From a bacterium (GTDB taxonomy: Bacteria; Zhuqueibacterota; Zhuqueibacteria; Residuimicrobiales; Krinioviventaceae), in assembly GCA_963693055.1 (NCBI GenBank), contig OY843751.1, forward strand, positions 1,696,001 to 1,760,000: DNA of 64,000 nucleotides, given 5' to 3'. Of the stretch, positions 9,276 through 19,768 are shown piece by piece. The position numbers were made by a program, and so were the translations under genes. The notes under the pieces were generated by a model. The model was not told the origin of the DNA. It did not search any database and saw only the letters and a program-made list of their open reading frames with translations. Position 1 is the first letter of the stretch; every line of letters begins with the position of its first letter.

Positions 9276-12200
9276 TTATTCATCAATATCGGGATTGGGT
9301 ATTACCAAATTAACAACAGCTCCTTTTTCATTACTTAATTTTATAGTACCATTTAAGCTGTGTTCTACAATGCCCTTGACAAGTTCAAATCCAATATTGA
9401 TGTAATTGTCATCCAGTTTTAGGATTTGTTTGGAAAAACCGGGACCATTGTCTTTAAATTTTAGATTAATCTGATTTTTCCTTTTATGAATTTGAATTTT
9501 TATTTTTAGAGATGTTTGCTTTTCAAGGGCATGTTTGATAGAATTTGTAGCCAATTCGTTCAAGACGATAGATAAATTTTGTGCAATCCTACTATTTACA
9601 AGTACAGAAGAATGATCTACATGCAGTAAAATATTTTTGTAAGAGGGATCACCTTGAATGATATTGGAGATTATTTTCTCACATAATTCATTTAACAAAA
9701 TTGGCTGCCATTTGTTTTGCGACAACATGGTGTGTACTGTTAACAAACCATCAACTCGAATTTTAAGATTTTTGATTAAAGGAATATATTGTTCATAACC
9801 TTTTCGTTCAGCTCTATCCATTTCTTTATGGAGCATGCTAATGATTGCCGAAAGATTATTTTTTACTCTGTGGTTTACCTCTTGTAATAGTATTTTTTGA
9901 GTGTCGGCATAGTTTTTTAATTTTTCAGCATTACGGACGCGATGTGTTATATCATCAAATGTGGTTGCTACACTGACTGGTTTTGCATAACCTTCATTAA
10001 AGATGGGGTTTGCATTAACCAGTATCCATTTATATTCATCTTCGTTATAATTGTATACTCCCATGGTTACATTATTAACACTTTTACCGGTTCTCAGGGC
10101 TATCATTGCCGGATGATTATCACCCGTGAGAGGGGTTCCATCTTCTTTAATTGCACGCCATTCTTTGTAATAAGAGGTTTTGCCCTGCATTTCATCTTCA
10201 GTGTAACCCAGAATCATTTCAGCCGCGGGATTCACTGATATAATCTCTCCATCCTTGTTTTGATATACAACGCCCTGGGCCATGGTTTCGAAAAGCGTTC
10301 TGAATTTTTTTTCACTTGCCAATATTGCATTTTCTGCTTTTTTGCGTTCGGTTATATCTCTAAAAATAGCCATTACATAATTACCGTTATGGATTTGTAA
10401 TTTGTTCAGGCTGACTTCGATTAGAAACTCTGTACTATCTTTTCTTTTATGGTTCCATTCAAATAGAATATTCTCTCCACTTAAAACTCGTTTAATAATA
10501 TATTCCCCTTTGTTCTTTGACAATTGCCCATCCGGTTGATATTTGGGAGACAGGTCAATATGTGGGGCTTTTCCAAGTATACTGTGTTTATCATATTGAA
10601 AACGTTCTAATGTTTTTGTATTACAGTCAAAAATTTTAAGATCTTTAAAAATAAATATAGCATCATTTGCATTTTCAAATAGTGTTTTATACTTGTTTTC
10701 ACTTTCTAACAAGGCATCCTGATTTTGTTTTTGTTCGGTAATGTCCATGACTGAAACAAAAATCCTTGACCATGTATCACTATAGCCAGCAGGGATAATG
10801 GCATGAATAATGATCCATTTTTCCTGACCATTAACGATTTGTTTATACATATTGCTTTTATAAAATGACTCATTATTACAAAATGTAAGCAATTCATGTT
10901 TGAAAATTTGTTCAGCATTATCATCCAGTACAATTTGATTTGTTTTCAAAATGTCTTCTTTTGAATTAATGTTTAGATAATTCATAGTCGCTTTGTTTAT
11001 GTTGATTATTTTGATAGAGCGGATGCATTGCTGAAATATTTGAGGGTGATCGTTAAAGTATTTTTCAAAATGTTTTACACGCTTTTTCTTTAAATTATCA
11101 ACTATTAATTTCACTTTTGAGAAATCTTCTTCCCATAGTGGGGTAGGAGAATTTTCAAATAGAATGCGGTATCGTTCTTCACTTAGTTCCAATTCTTTGA
11201 TTGAAGATTTTAATGGCGTAATATCTTCATATGTACCCAGAATACCAATCAGATTTTCTGAAGAATCTGTTAACGGTATTTTACTGGTTTTATACCAGTG
11301 TAATGTATTATCTTTTGCGTATCGTGTTTCTTCAAAATTCAATCGGGACTTTTTGCTGTCCATAACAGATTTATCATCCATAATGAATTTTTCTGCAAAC
11401 TCTTTCCAGACCAGGTCCCAATCGGTTTTGCTAATTATTTCAGACTCGCTTTCCAAACCAGCATCTTGAGCAAAAATTGAATTACAGCCCAGGTATTTTG
11501 AATCTAAATCTTTCCAAAAAACACGAACATGCAGTGAATCGAGTATTGTTCTGAGCATTGTTTTTGAATCTTTGAGTGCTTTGGTTGTTTTTTTGTTTTC
11601 TGTAAAATCATTGATATAAACTACAATCTGAATCACCTTATTATTCTTGTCTATTATTGGATAGATGGTGTTAAGATAAAAACGACCTAAACTTTCATCT
11701 TGGAATTCAACTGTTTTTTGGGTTCTAATGGCAGATTGTATCATCGATTTTCGAGTCTTGGCAACATCGAGCGGGAGTAATGAATATAAATTCATTCCTT
11801 CTATCTCTGTTACCGGGAACTGTAATATTTTTGCTGTTGCTTTATTGGTAACCAGAATACTACCTTGAGTATCTATCAAGATAAATACTTGAGAAATAGC
11901 ATTGATTAATGTTCTAAGGTTTTCTTCATTAATATTTGAGGTGTTTTGGGACCTTGTCATCCATGTTAATTGCGAGTCTTTGTTTTCCCATTCTTTTACA
12001 AGCATGAGATCAATAAAATCGAAACAGGCATGAAGGAATTGAGTGCAATCGGATTTATTTATTTTCTTTTGATTACATAATTCAAGATAGATATTTTGAA
12101 AGGTTTTCATGATTTCCATCAACGTAGAAAGGGGGACTTGTTCTATATTGGTGGAAATAAAGTAACGAGTGAACTGAATCAGTGAAGAGTTTTCTGATAG

Positions 12201-12398
12201 ATTTTGTAAGCCAGGTATGGTGTTGTTGGTTTGATTAACCGTTTTTGAAATAAACCCATTAAAGAAGGAAATGATGTTTTTAATATCTAGCTCGAGACCT
12301 TTATAATGGATTTTATTATTGTTTTGAATAAAAAACTGTTCCGCTTTATGTATCAACCATTCTTCATGAGCCTGTATGGTTTTAACCAGTTCTTTCAT
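9276..12398 (-). CDS. Cytoplasmic multi-PAS sensor histidine kinase (HisKA_2 family)
   Basis: Several PAS/PAC units (DIT.RK-type ends); EVNHRVKNN; NELATNSIKHA; DNGPG; start placed at ATG 12398 after a GAGG RBS. Confidence 0.88.
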   Translation of the reverse strand: MKELVKTIQAHEEWLIHKAEQFFIQNNNKIHYKGLELDIKNIISFFNGFISKTVNQTNNTIPGLQNLSENSSLIQFTRYFISTNIEQVPLSTLMEIMKTFQNIYLELCNQKKINKSDCTQFLHACFDFIDLMLVKEWENKDSQLTWMTRSQNTSNINEENLRTLINAISQVFILIDTQGSILVTNKATAKILQFPVTEIEGMNLYSLLPLDVAKTRKSMIQSAIRTQKTVEFQDESLGRFYLNTIYPIIDKNNKVIQIVVYINDFTENKKTTKALKDSKTMLRTILDSLHVRVFWKDLDSKYLGCNSIFAQDAGLESESEIISKTDWDLVWKEFAEKFIMDDKSVMDSKKSRLNFEETRYAKDNTLHWYKTSKIPLTDSSENLIGILGTYEDITPLKSSIKELELSEERYRILFENSPTPLWEEDFSKVKLIVDNLKKKRVKHFEKYFNDHPQIFQQCIRSIKIININKATMNYLNINSKEDILKTNQIVLDDNAEQIFKHELLTFCNNESFYKSNMYKQIVNGQEKWIIIHAIIPAGYSDTWSRIFVSVMDITEQKQNQDALLESENKYKTLFENANDAIFIFKDLKIFDCNTKTLERFQYDKHSILGKAPHIDLSPKYQPDGQLSKNKGEYIIKRVLSGENILFEWNHKRKDSTEFLIEVSLNKLQIHNGNYVMAIFRDITERKKAENAILASEKKFRTLFETMAQGVVYQNKDGEIISVNPAAEMILGYTEDEMQGKTSYYKEWRAIKEDGTPLTGDNHPAMIALRTGKSVNNVTMGVYNYNEDEYKWILVNANPIFNEGYAKPVSVATTFDDITHRVRNAEKLKNYADTQKILLQEVNHRVKNNLSAIISMLHKEMDRAERKGYEQYIPLIKNLKIRVDGLLTVHTMLSQNKWQPILLNELCEKIISNIIQGDPSYKNILLHVDHSSVLVNSRIAQNLSIVLNELATNSIKHALEKQTSLKIKIQIHKRKNQINLKFKDNGPGFSKQILKLDDNYINIGFELVKGIVEHSLNGTIKLSNEKGAVVNLVIPNPDIDE

Positions 12399-12582
12399 GA
12401 AAACCTCACTTTTATTGATACACAATTATAATCTTTTATTAATTTTTATATACCACGCTAGTTTCAGTAACAAGTATATTTTTAAATAATTATATTGTGT
12501 GTTTTTTTATATATTTATTGTTTTATGTATTGAAATTGATACAATATATATAATTAATATCACGGAGAAATCGGTCTATTTT

Positions 12583-12909
12583 ATGTCAAAACGACTCGAA
12601 CGAGAAAAGAAAACTATTCAAATTATGATCAAAATGTATTGTGTTGATCATCATAATTCTAATGCTGATGAATTATGTACAGAGTGTGATGTATTGTGGA
12701 ATTACGCTCAAAAAAGATTGTTCCGCTGTCCATTTGGTGAGGATAAACCCACTTGCGCAAAATGTCCGGTTCATTGCTACAAGCCTGAAATGCGGAATCA
12801 AGTTCGTGAAATTATGCGGTATGCGGGTCCAAGAATGATCATCAAACATCCTGTATTAGCTTTCTGGCACATTATTGATGGATTTAAAAGAACAGAAAAA
12901 AAGAGTTGA
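12583..12909 (+). CDS. YgbA / nitrous oxide-stimulated promoter family Cys-rich protein
   Basis: REKKTIQIMIKMYC..C..C..YA.KRL..CPFGEDKPTCAKCPVHCYKP..IMRYAGPRM..HP; start moved to ATG 12583. Confidence 0.88.
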   Translation: MSKRLEREKKTIQIMIKMYCVDHHNSNADELCTECDVLWNYAQKRLFRCPFGEDKPTCAKCPVHCYKPEMRNQVREIMRYAGPRMIIKHPVLAFWHIIDGFKRTEKKS

Positions 12910-12959
12910 GTAAATAAAATATTCAACAATACAAGTATACCTATCATTACATTAATATA

Positions 12960-14177
12960 TTAATTGGGTGATCTTTCGATCAATATATCATCGTCAGTGT
13001 TGGTTATTTTGTCTGGTCCTGCACTCCAAAGATAGTAACTGTTATCACCCGTAAGCTGATACCCGTAAGGATTGCCATCGTACGGATCTATGGGTTCCGG
13101 TATTCCCGGACGGTATTGCTGCCAGTAGGGTGAAAGAGAGTTATTACTTGGTAGGGGGAGCTCTCCGGTTGATCTGTAAATATGGTTTACCAACTGTACC
13201 AAATTCTCAAGATCCTGGTTTATTTTGTGATTTTGCTGTCCATCGGAAATAAAAGATGTATTTGAATATTCAGTATTTGTTTGTAACTGCTGCAAGCTGC
13301 TTTGGAATTTGGGGACAATGGCTACTAAACTAATGATTCCTATTATGACAGGTAGTATAATAAAAGCGCTTAATATTGCCAGTGCTTTTATTGTTCCACT
13401 ATTATCACCAGGCAAGTTTGAAACATAGCGGGGATCAATAACCGCTACCCGTTCAATCAATGGGGGATACATACTAAGCCATTGCCCTATTGTCAAGAAT
13501 CCTGTGTTGATATCAAGTTTTTGGTTGACAAAAGCATGGAGGTTAACATGGGGACCGACTTTACCACCAGCAGATAAAATTGTTAATCCTGTTAATGCAC
13601 CTTTGGGATCATTTGCAAGTGCCACACCGTATCTGTCACAGGTAAACTCGCGCGCCCTGGAATAGGCTGAACCCAAAAAAGGGATTATCATTGCGGGTGC
13701 AATAAACCACCACCATTTTAAATGTCCCGCCTTGTGATGGCCTATTTCATGCCCAATAACCATATCTCTGGCACCCTTGTTGGCGCCACATGCTTCTAAA
13801 AGATCTGAATAGAGAATGATTATTTTTGAACGAAAAAATTTTGTTGCCAATGCATTCAAACTTCCGCCTGCCTGCATTATATAAGCATCTGGTATGTCTG
13901 TCAAGCCTGCTTTTTCACTCAATAGTACAACGCGATTGTACAAATCTGGGAATTGATCGGGGCCCAATTTTACCGCACTTCCCTTTATGTGGGTGATAAA
14001 GAGCAAGTGAGATATAAAGAAAAACAGGGCAAAAAATAGTGCATATACCAACCCTAAAACAGTTACTACTAGAGTTAACCATATCAAGCTGGAAATAATA
14101 ACCATTACAATAAACAGTGGCATCTCTGCCGGATGGTGATTTACATGAATTGGATCAATTAGAGTATTGGATTGCAC
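12960..14177 (-). CDS. M48 family (HtpX/Ste24-like) membrane zinc peptidase with a C-terminal GspG/pseudopilin-like domain
   Basis: LNALA, HEIGH (HExxH), SRAREFTCDR, YPPL..R; tail DPYDGNPYGY...YYLWSAGPD..NTDDDI. Confidence 0.8.
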   Translation of the reverse strand: MQSNTLIDPIHVNHHPAEMPLFIVMVIISSLIWLTLVVTVLGLVYALFFALFFFISHLLFITHIKGSAVKLGPDQFPDLYNRVVLLSEKAGLTDIPDAYIMQAGGSLNALATKFFRSKIIILYSDLLEACGANKGARDMVIGHEIGHHKAGHLKWWWFIAPAMIIPFLGSAYSRAREFTCDRYGVALANDPKGALTGLTILSAGGKVGPHVNLHAFVNQKLDINTGFLTIGQWLSMYPPLIERVAVIDPRYVSNLPGDNSGTIKALAILSAFIILPVIIGIISLVAIVPKFQSSLQQLQTNTEYSNTSFISDGQQNHKINQDLENLVQLVNHIYRSTGELPLPSNNSLSPYWQQYRPGIPEPIDPYDGNPYGYQLTGDNSYYLWSAGPDKITNTDDDILIERSPN

Positions 14178-14206
14178 AGTATTCTCCGGTTAAAGCTGAT
14201 AATTGT

Positions 14207-14971
14207 TTAAAACCCATTAATTAAAAATCCCCCGTCAACAGCAATGCATTGACCGGTTATATATGAAGATGCCTGCATGCATAAAAAACTTACTACGGAA
14301 GATATTTCTTCCGGTTCAGCAATTCTTTGCATGGGCGTACGGTCTAGTATTTCATTGAGAGACTTTTCATTATCAATCAAAGGGGCTACCAGGGGTGTGC
14401 GGGTATACCAGGGAGCAACCGCATTGACGCGTATATTATCGGATACCCATTCAACTGCCAGGTTTTTGGTTAACTGGTTTAAAGCTGCTTTGCTCATGGC
14501 ATAGGGAGCCCCTGTTTTTAAATGCGTGAATCCTGCAACAGATAAAACATTGACCACTGTACCCGTACCGGATTTTTTTAACAGGGGCCAGGCTTTTTGG
14601 CAAAAATCAAATGCCGAATGCAGGTTTGTATTCATGATGGTGTTATACTCGGCGGGAGAATATTCTACAGCTTTTTTCCTGATATTTGTCCCTACATTGT
14701 TGACCAGAATATCCATTGTTGGCCATAATTCTTTGATATGAGTAAATAAATTTTCACGATCCTGTTCATTGGATACATCAACTGCCATACCCCAGGCATT
14801 GTAACCTTGTTTTTGCCAGTTTTCAACAAGCTGATTTACCTGATCTTTATTTCTGGCTGTTATAAAAACTTGTCCACCAAGTTCCAGGATTTCGTTTGCA
14901 ATGGCCAAACCAATTCCTTTGGTTCCGCCGGTAATCAAGGCCCGCTTATCTTCAAGTCGCCATTTATTCAT
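14207..14971 (-). CDS. SDR oxidoreductase, tropinone-reductase-like
   Basis: [37 protein letters not shown]. Confidence 0.92.
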   Translation of the reverse strand: MNKWRLEDKRALITGGTKGIGLAIANEILELGGQVFITARNKDQVNQLVENWQKQGYNAWGMAVDVSNEQDRENLFTHIKELWPTMDILVNNVGTNIRKKAVEYSPAEYNTIMNTNLHSAFDFCQKAWPLLKKSGTGTVVNVLSVAGFTHLKTGAPYAMSKAALNQLTKNLAVEWVSDNIRVNAVAPWYTRTPLVAPLIDNEKSLNEILDRTPMQRIAEPEEISSVVSFLCMQASSYITGQCIAVDGGFLINGF

Positions 14972-15117
14972 ATTAGCCTTTCTGTTAAAAAAGAGAGTAT
15001 ATAAAATAAAGCATAAATAATGTGTTTTTCAAGAAATTTTTGCGAGTTATATAGAAAAATGTAGTAATGGGGAAGATGAATATAGATGTTGTTCTTGAAT
15101 CCGAATTTGAATTATAA

Positions 15118-15146
15118 TAAAAAAAAGCGGGCCTATTTGGCCCGCT
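15118..15146 (-). terminator. Intrinsic terminator after the 1236-aa gene
   Basis: AGCGGGCC-5nt-GGCCCGCT with a T-run on the minus strand. Confidence 0.8.
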
Positions 15147-15164
15147 GGATTGATAACTGGTGAT

Positions 15165-18100
15165 TTATTTAAGCAGAATACATTTAATGATCCGGTTGTA
15201 TTCCGGTGTTCGCATTCTAATAAAGTACGTACCTGTAGAATGCTGCATTGAATTCCAGGTGACTGTATAGCGTCCCTGGGATTTTTGTTCATCAACAAGC
15301 ATTTCAACCAAACTTCCGTTTATATTGAAAATAGCAATGTTGATATGTTGTGCTCTTGGTACATCAAAAGTGATTTGCGTTTGCGGATTAAATGGATTTG
15401 GATAATTAGAATACAGTTCAAACCTGTCTGGTGCCGCATTTATGTTTGCTATTCCTGTTGGAAACGCGACTTTAATAAAATCGGTTTTGGATAGCTTTGC
15501 CGTACCACCTGGTCCTGATATAGTCAGTGTTACAGTAAATGTATCTGCCGAGGTATATTGGTGTGATGGATTTTGTTCTGAACTGGTTTCGCCATCTCCA
15601 AATTCCCATAACCATGATTCAATATTACCTGACGAACTGTCTGAGAATTGAACTGTCAAGGGCACTGGTCCCTCTGTCACATCCGCTCCAAATTTTGCTA
15701 TGAGTACTGCTTCTGTTACTATTACAGTATCAGATTTGCTGTCAGTACCATCGCTGCTGCTAACTGTCAGTGTTACCTTGAATGTATCAGCGTATTGAAA
15801 AGTATGTGAAGGATTTTGTTCCGTGCTGGATTCTCCATCTCCAAAATCCCAGTTCCAGCTTGTGATATAACCTGTGGATTGGTCCTGAAAGCTTACGACA
15901 AGTGCTGCATCACCCATATCTGTTGACATGTTAAAATCAGCAACGGGGGGGATTCCTGTTGGAATGTCAAGGATGACAATATATTGACTTTCTACACCCT
16001 CTGCTCCAACTGCCATGTTTCCACCAAGTACGAGTTCTCCTGCCGGGACCTCTTTTTGCCAAACATTCATGGGTGTGGAAAAATCACTAACCTGTATTTG
16101 AAAAGCTGATGATGAGTAATTTTCTGTTAACCAGTTTGGTGGTGTTTCTGCACGACGATCGTAAGCTATATAAACTGTTCCGGGATTGTCTAAATCCAGC
16201 GTGATAAAGTCTGTATCGGTATTGTTTTTATCTTTATTATTAGGTACAAGCCATACAAGGTTTTCAAGATCATCTGGAATATCTTTAAGATAATAATTTC
16301 GATCAAGATAATAATTATCACCTTCTTGCAAATATTTCAATTTATATTCCGCAGGTGTATTAATTTCAACCTGTTCAATTTTCTGATCATTGATGATTCT
16401 GTATGGTTTCAAGCTAAAAGAATCGGGTTTTAGAAATCCTGACAGGTTTTCATAGCTGAGCGAATGGCCTGGTGGAGTATTGAATCCAATCCAAAGCGAC
16501 AATTCACCCGGTACCAGTGTTTGGGGATCATCATTGAGAATGATAAACATTTCCCGAGTGTTCGCAAAATCTGAAATATCTTCCCAATTTTCAGTATCAA
16601 CATTATGCTGATTATTTATAGCATCTCCGATTGCAGCCTGCGGATTATTTTCACCACTTCCCAAACCAATTGCCTGAACGGGTGCCTGTTCCAAATTCAG
16701 CTGCATTTTTACTGCAGTTACAATGTCAGAGTCACTTTTTAGATACATGTTGAAAATATAAGGTGCAATCAGAATATCTGAAAAATCTTCTGCTCCATCG
16801 AGAACCAGCATACAATCCCGTTCAGTTTTTGTTATTGGAAGATATCCGAAATCGACAGTTTCTGAAAGAATTTCAGTTTGAATGTTGTATCCATCAATTG
16901 TAAAGTGGGCGGGAGGGGCAGAAAATTCATCAAATAAATCATATAGTAATGTATTACCGATAGAATTTGAAAAACCCATCCATAAATAGACAGTTGATGC
17001 ATGATGAGTAAATAAACCAATATCCAGTTCCATGTACAAATCTGCAGTTCCAGCATGAGCTGTCAAGTCTTCCCATGATTCTGAAATGGTATGCGCACTG
17101 GCCTGATCAATACCAATCATAGCATTCGGAGATTCTTCATTCATATACGCATAACCAATGGCAGCATCCGGAATACTTTCAAGATGGGAAATGATTTTTG
17201 TGAAATTTTGGCTTTCACCAGAATGACTACTTAGAACAAAACGATAGACATACGGTTGGTCAAACAAAGCATTAAAAGCAGATGCACCATCAGCATCAAG
17301 CAGACCATCCAGCTGTTCTTTTGTAACATTATCATAATTGATTGCAATTTCGTTTTCTTCGGGGGACGCGATCTGATAACCCTGGACAGTAATTTCAGCT
17401 TCACCCAAGAGAAGCTCTTTATAATTAAATTCAGCACCTAAAGAAGTATTAAAACCTACCCATAATTGTAATGTGACAGGAGTATGCAGTATATAATCTT
17501 CAATCAGGTTTGTTTTAATCACCGTTGCGTTGCAAAAATTAGTTATATCTACCCAGATATTGTTTTCTTGGAAAACATACCTGTCTGTCTCCAGATTAGT
17601 ACCTATGATGGCATTTTCATATTCTTCAGTTTTGTTGATTTGACCAATTATGGCTGGTGTAATTTGGTCGAAAAGCAAGTAGGTTACTGTACCGGAACCT
17701 GTTGTAATTGGACCATGCATTGTGATGTGATACACAAAATCCTGATTGAAGAGGGCGTTAAAATCTCCTGCGTTCTGGTTCTGCAGTATTTGCTCCAAAT
17801 CTTTACGAGTTATGATATCATAATCAACGGAAATAGATTTTTCTATAGCCGGTACTATTTCGTATCCTTGTATTTCTATTGTTTGCTCTCCTGCCGCCAG
17901 CACCTGGTAGTCCAGTTGTGCTCCCAAGGTTGAGTTGAAGCCGATCCATATATCCAGTTTTGATGATGTGTGTACGACCCAGTCTTCAAACAAGTATGCA
18001 TAGATGTCCTTTGCATTGCAATATGTTGTTACATTCACCCAGGTATCTTGAAGTTGGAATATGTACGAATCATCATAGGGTATAGTGCCAATGAGTGCAT

Positions 18101-18875
18101 ATTCATTACCCGAGGTTTGTTCTACACGCGCAATAACAGCATCGGGAATTTGGTCAAAAAGAAATTTGATTTGACTTGTTTCCTCGGTTTGAAAAGGACC
18201 GTCTAATGTAATGTGATATACATATTGCTGATCAAATAATTGATTGTACAAAAAGGCGTCTTGATCTTGCAGCAGCATAGTTAAATTTGAACGTACGATG
18301 GTATCATAAGTGATTGGAAGTGACTGATCATGTGCATCTATGATTTCATATCCCTGAACATTTACTGCAGCAATATCGTCAGTAAATATGGAATATTTGA
18401 GTGAATCTCCCAGTGATGCTGAAAACCCTATCCATAATACCATTTCTGTAGAGATATGGGTTTGCCAGTCTTCATTCAAGGTTGCATATACATTGTTTTC
18501 AGCACAGTATTGTGTAAGATCGATCCAGACGTTTTTTTCTGTGAATTGATAGAAATGTATGTCGCTGTCGCCTATTGTGGTAAAGGCTTGTGATGATTCA
18601 TCATCAATATTATTTCCAATAACCGCTTGCGGAGCCATTCCCAGTTTGAAAAGGATATCAGAAGATTCATAAGATTCCTTTGGGCCGGTGAGTGAAATAC
18701 GGTAGATAAAGTTTGAGTTTTGGAATAGACCAATATGCTGAACTGCGTTTTCATTATTGAACAGAATACCCATTTCCCCATATAGTTTTTGTTCATACGA
18801 TATGGGATCCGTGCAAGGATAAAGGGAGGATGTTAAAATACAACAAAGGCCAAAAAACACTATTATGATTTTCAT
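15165..18875 (-). CDS. Large secreted protein: five ~162-aa repeats, an unnamed domain, 2x PKD, C-terminal sorting (T9SS-CTD/FlgD-like) tail
   Basis: Signal peptide; five W(I/V/M)GF-centred repeats; PKD motifs WNWDFGDG and WLWEFGDG..SEQNPSH; tail LYSNYPNPFNP..I.F..P..IFNING..V..L. Confidence 0.8.
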   Translation of the reverse strand: MKIIIVFFGLCCILTSSLYPCTDPISYEQKLYGEMGILFNNENAVQHIGLFQNSNFIYRISLTGPKESYESSDILFKLGMAPQAVIGNNIDDESSQAFTTIGDSDIHFYQFTEKNVWIDLTQYCAENNVYATLNEDWQTHISTEMVLWIGFSASLGDSLKYSIFTDDIAAVNVQGYEIIDAHDQSLPITYDTIVRSNLTMLLQDQDAFLYNQLFDQQYVYHITLDGPFQTEETSQIKFLFDQIPDAVIARVEQTSGNEYALIGTIPYDDSYIFQLQDTWVNVTTYCNAKDIYAYLFEDWVVHTSSKLDIWIGFNSTLGAQLDYQVLAAGEQTIEIQGYEIVPAIEKSISVDYDIITRKDLEQILQNQNAGDFNALFNQDFVYHITMHGPITTGSGTVTYLLFDQITPAIIGQINKTEEYENAIIGTNLETDRYVFQENNIWVDITNFCNATVIKTNLIEDYILHTPVTLQLWVGFNTSLGAEFNYKELLLGEAEITVQGYQIASPEENEIAINYDNVTKEQLDGLLDADGASAFNALFDQPYVYRFVLSSHSGESQNFTKIISHLESIPDAAIGYAYMNEESPNAMIGIDQASAHTISESWEDLTAHAGTADLYMELDIGLFTHHASTVYLWMGFSNSIGNTLLYDLFDEFSAPPAHFTIDGYNIQTEILSETVDFGYLPITKTERDCMLVLDGAEDFSDILIAPYIFNMYLKSDSDIVTAVKMQLNLEQAPVQAIGLGSGENNPQAAIGDAINNQHNVDTENWEDISDFANTREMFIILNDDPQTLVPGELSLWIGFNTPPGHSLSYENLSGFLKPDSFSLKPYRIINDQKIEQVEINTPAEYKLKYLQEGDNYYLDRNYYLKDIPDDLENLVWLVPNNKDKNNTDTDFITLDLDNPGTVYIAYDRRAETPPNWLTENYSSSAFQIQVSDFSTPMNVWQKEVPAGELVLGGNMAVGAEGVESQYIVILDIPTGIPPVADFNMSTDMGDAALVVSFQDQSTGYITSWNWDFGDGESSTEQNPSHTFQYADTFKVTLTVSSSDGTDSKSDTVIVTEAVLIAKFGADVTEGPVPLTVQFSDSSSGNIESWLWEFGDGETSSEQNPSHQYTSADTFTVTLTISGPGGTAKLSKTDFIKVAFPTGIANINAAPDRFELYSNYPNPFNPQTQITFDVPRAQHINIAIFNINGSLVEMLVDEQKSQGRYTVTWNSMQHSTGTYFIRMRTPEYNRIIKCILLK
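16390..18810 (-). repeat. Five tandem protein-level repeats of ~160-163 aa
   Basis: WxGF Trp codons at 18432, 17946, 17460, 16980 and 16491 (spacing 162, 162, 160, 163 codons); shared YxY.I.L, A.IG, W.D(I/L/V)T and (V/I).GY.I motifs; outer boundaries approximate. Confidence 0.85.
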
Positions 18876-19103
18876 GGTTTCCCCTCTATATATAGTTTTT
18901 GTTTTGTCAGGATTGTTGATTTATTTTAATACTTTTAGTAAATCCTGCTCTATAGTTATATAGATACAATTGTTTTTTATACTGATCAACAGATATGAAA
19001 ATATAAAATTACAGATCAAAATTGTAAAATTTAATATTGCTAATTTTATAAAGTATTTATTTGTGTTCAAAAATATTGTTTTATTCGAAAGAAGAGATGG
19101 CTA

Positions 19104-19652
19104 CTAATCACCCAATAAACTGATTTCTTTATCATTTTCTAGAACAATTTGCAATTTTTGGTAATTCCATTCCCCGTTATCTTTGTCCGCGGTAATATAT
19201 ACAATGCCAGAGGTGTTGCTGCCGTTGATTTTAAAATAGATTTCCGCGTGGCCGTTACTAATTGAGCCGTTCCACATTTTGCATTCAATCGGGTGACCCA
19301 GCCCCTGAATGACCTGTTGGTTCTGAGAAATCCGTTCAACTGCCTGTTGATATACCGCAGCTTTGGACAAGCCATAGCGAATACCAAAGAATAAGGAGGG
19401 GGGGAATAGTGCAAGAAACAATAATAATATGATTATTATTTTAACAATTTTTTGTTCAAATTGTGAATCAATGGGATCATGTTCTAATTCCAATGCATGG
19501 AATCCGGTTTGCCCACATTGTTGACAACGACGTAATATTAATTTTTTACCATACGCTCTAATTCGTATGATACCAGCTTTGGCTGCATCTTGTGTGTAAC
19601 CACATTTCCGGCAGCGAAGCTGCCAGCCTGGAGCATAGCCCTTTATACTCAT
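19104..19652 (-). CDS. Membrane protein: N-terminal Zn-ribbon + Coa1-like (cytochrome oxidase assembly 1) domain
   Basis: CRKC...CQQC; TM helix; 'VYQQAVERI....V...LG.PI....GSI....A.I.F.I.G...SG.VYI.A.K.NGEW.Y..L' Coa1-like pattern. Confidence 0.6.
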   Translation of the reverse strand: MSIKGYAPGWQLRCRKCGYTQDAAKAGIIRIRAYGKKLILRRCQQCGQTGFHALELEHDPIDSQFEQKIVKIIIILLLFLALFPPSLFFGIRYGLSKAAVYQQAVERISQNQQVIQGLGHPIECKMWNGSISNGHAEIYFKINGSNTSGIVYITADKDNGEWNYQKLQIVLENDKEISLLGD

Positions 19653-19768
19653 TTTATATAAAACCTTGTTCTATAAATATGAATTTCTACTAAATATAAT
19701 TGTTGTACTATTGAAACAATTTATTTATTTTTGAATATTTCAATAATTCAAAATTATCGGGGTGTTCA

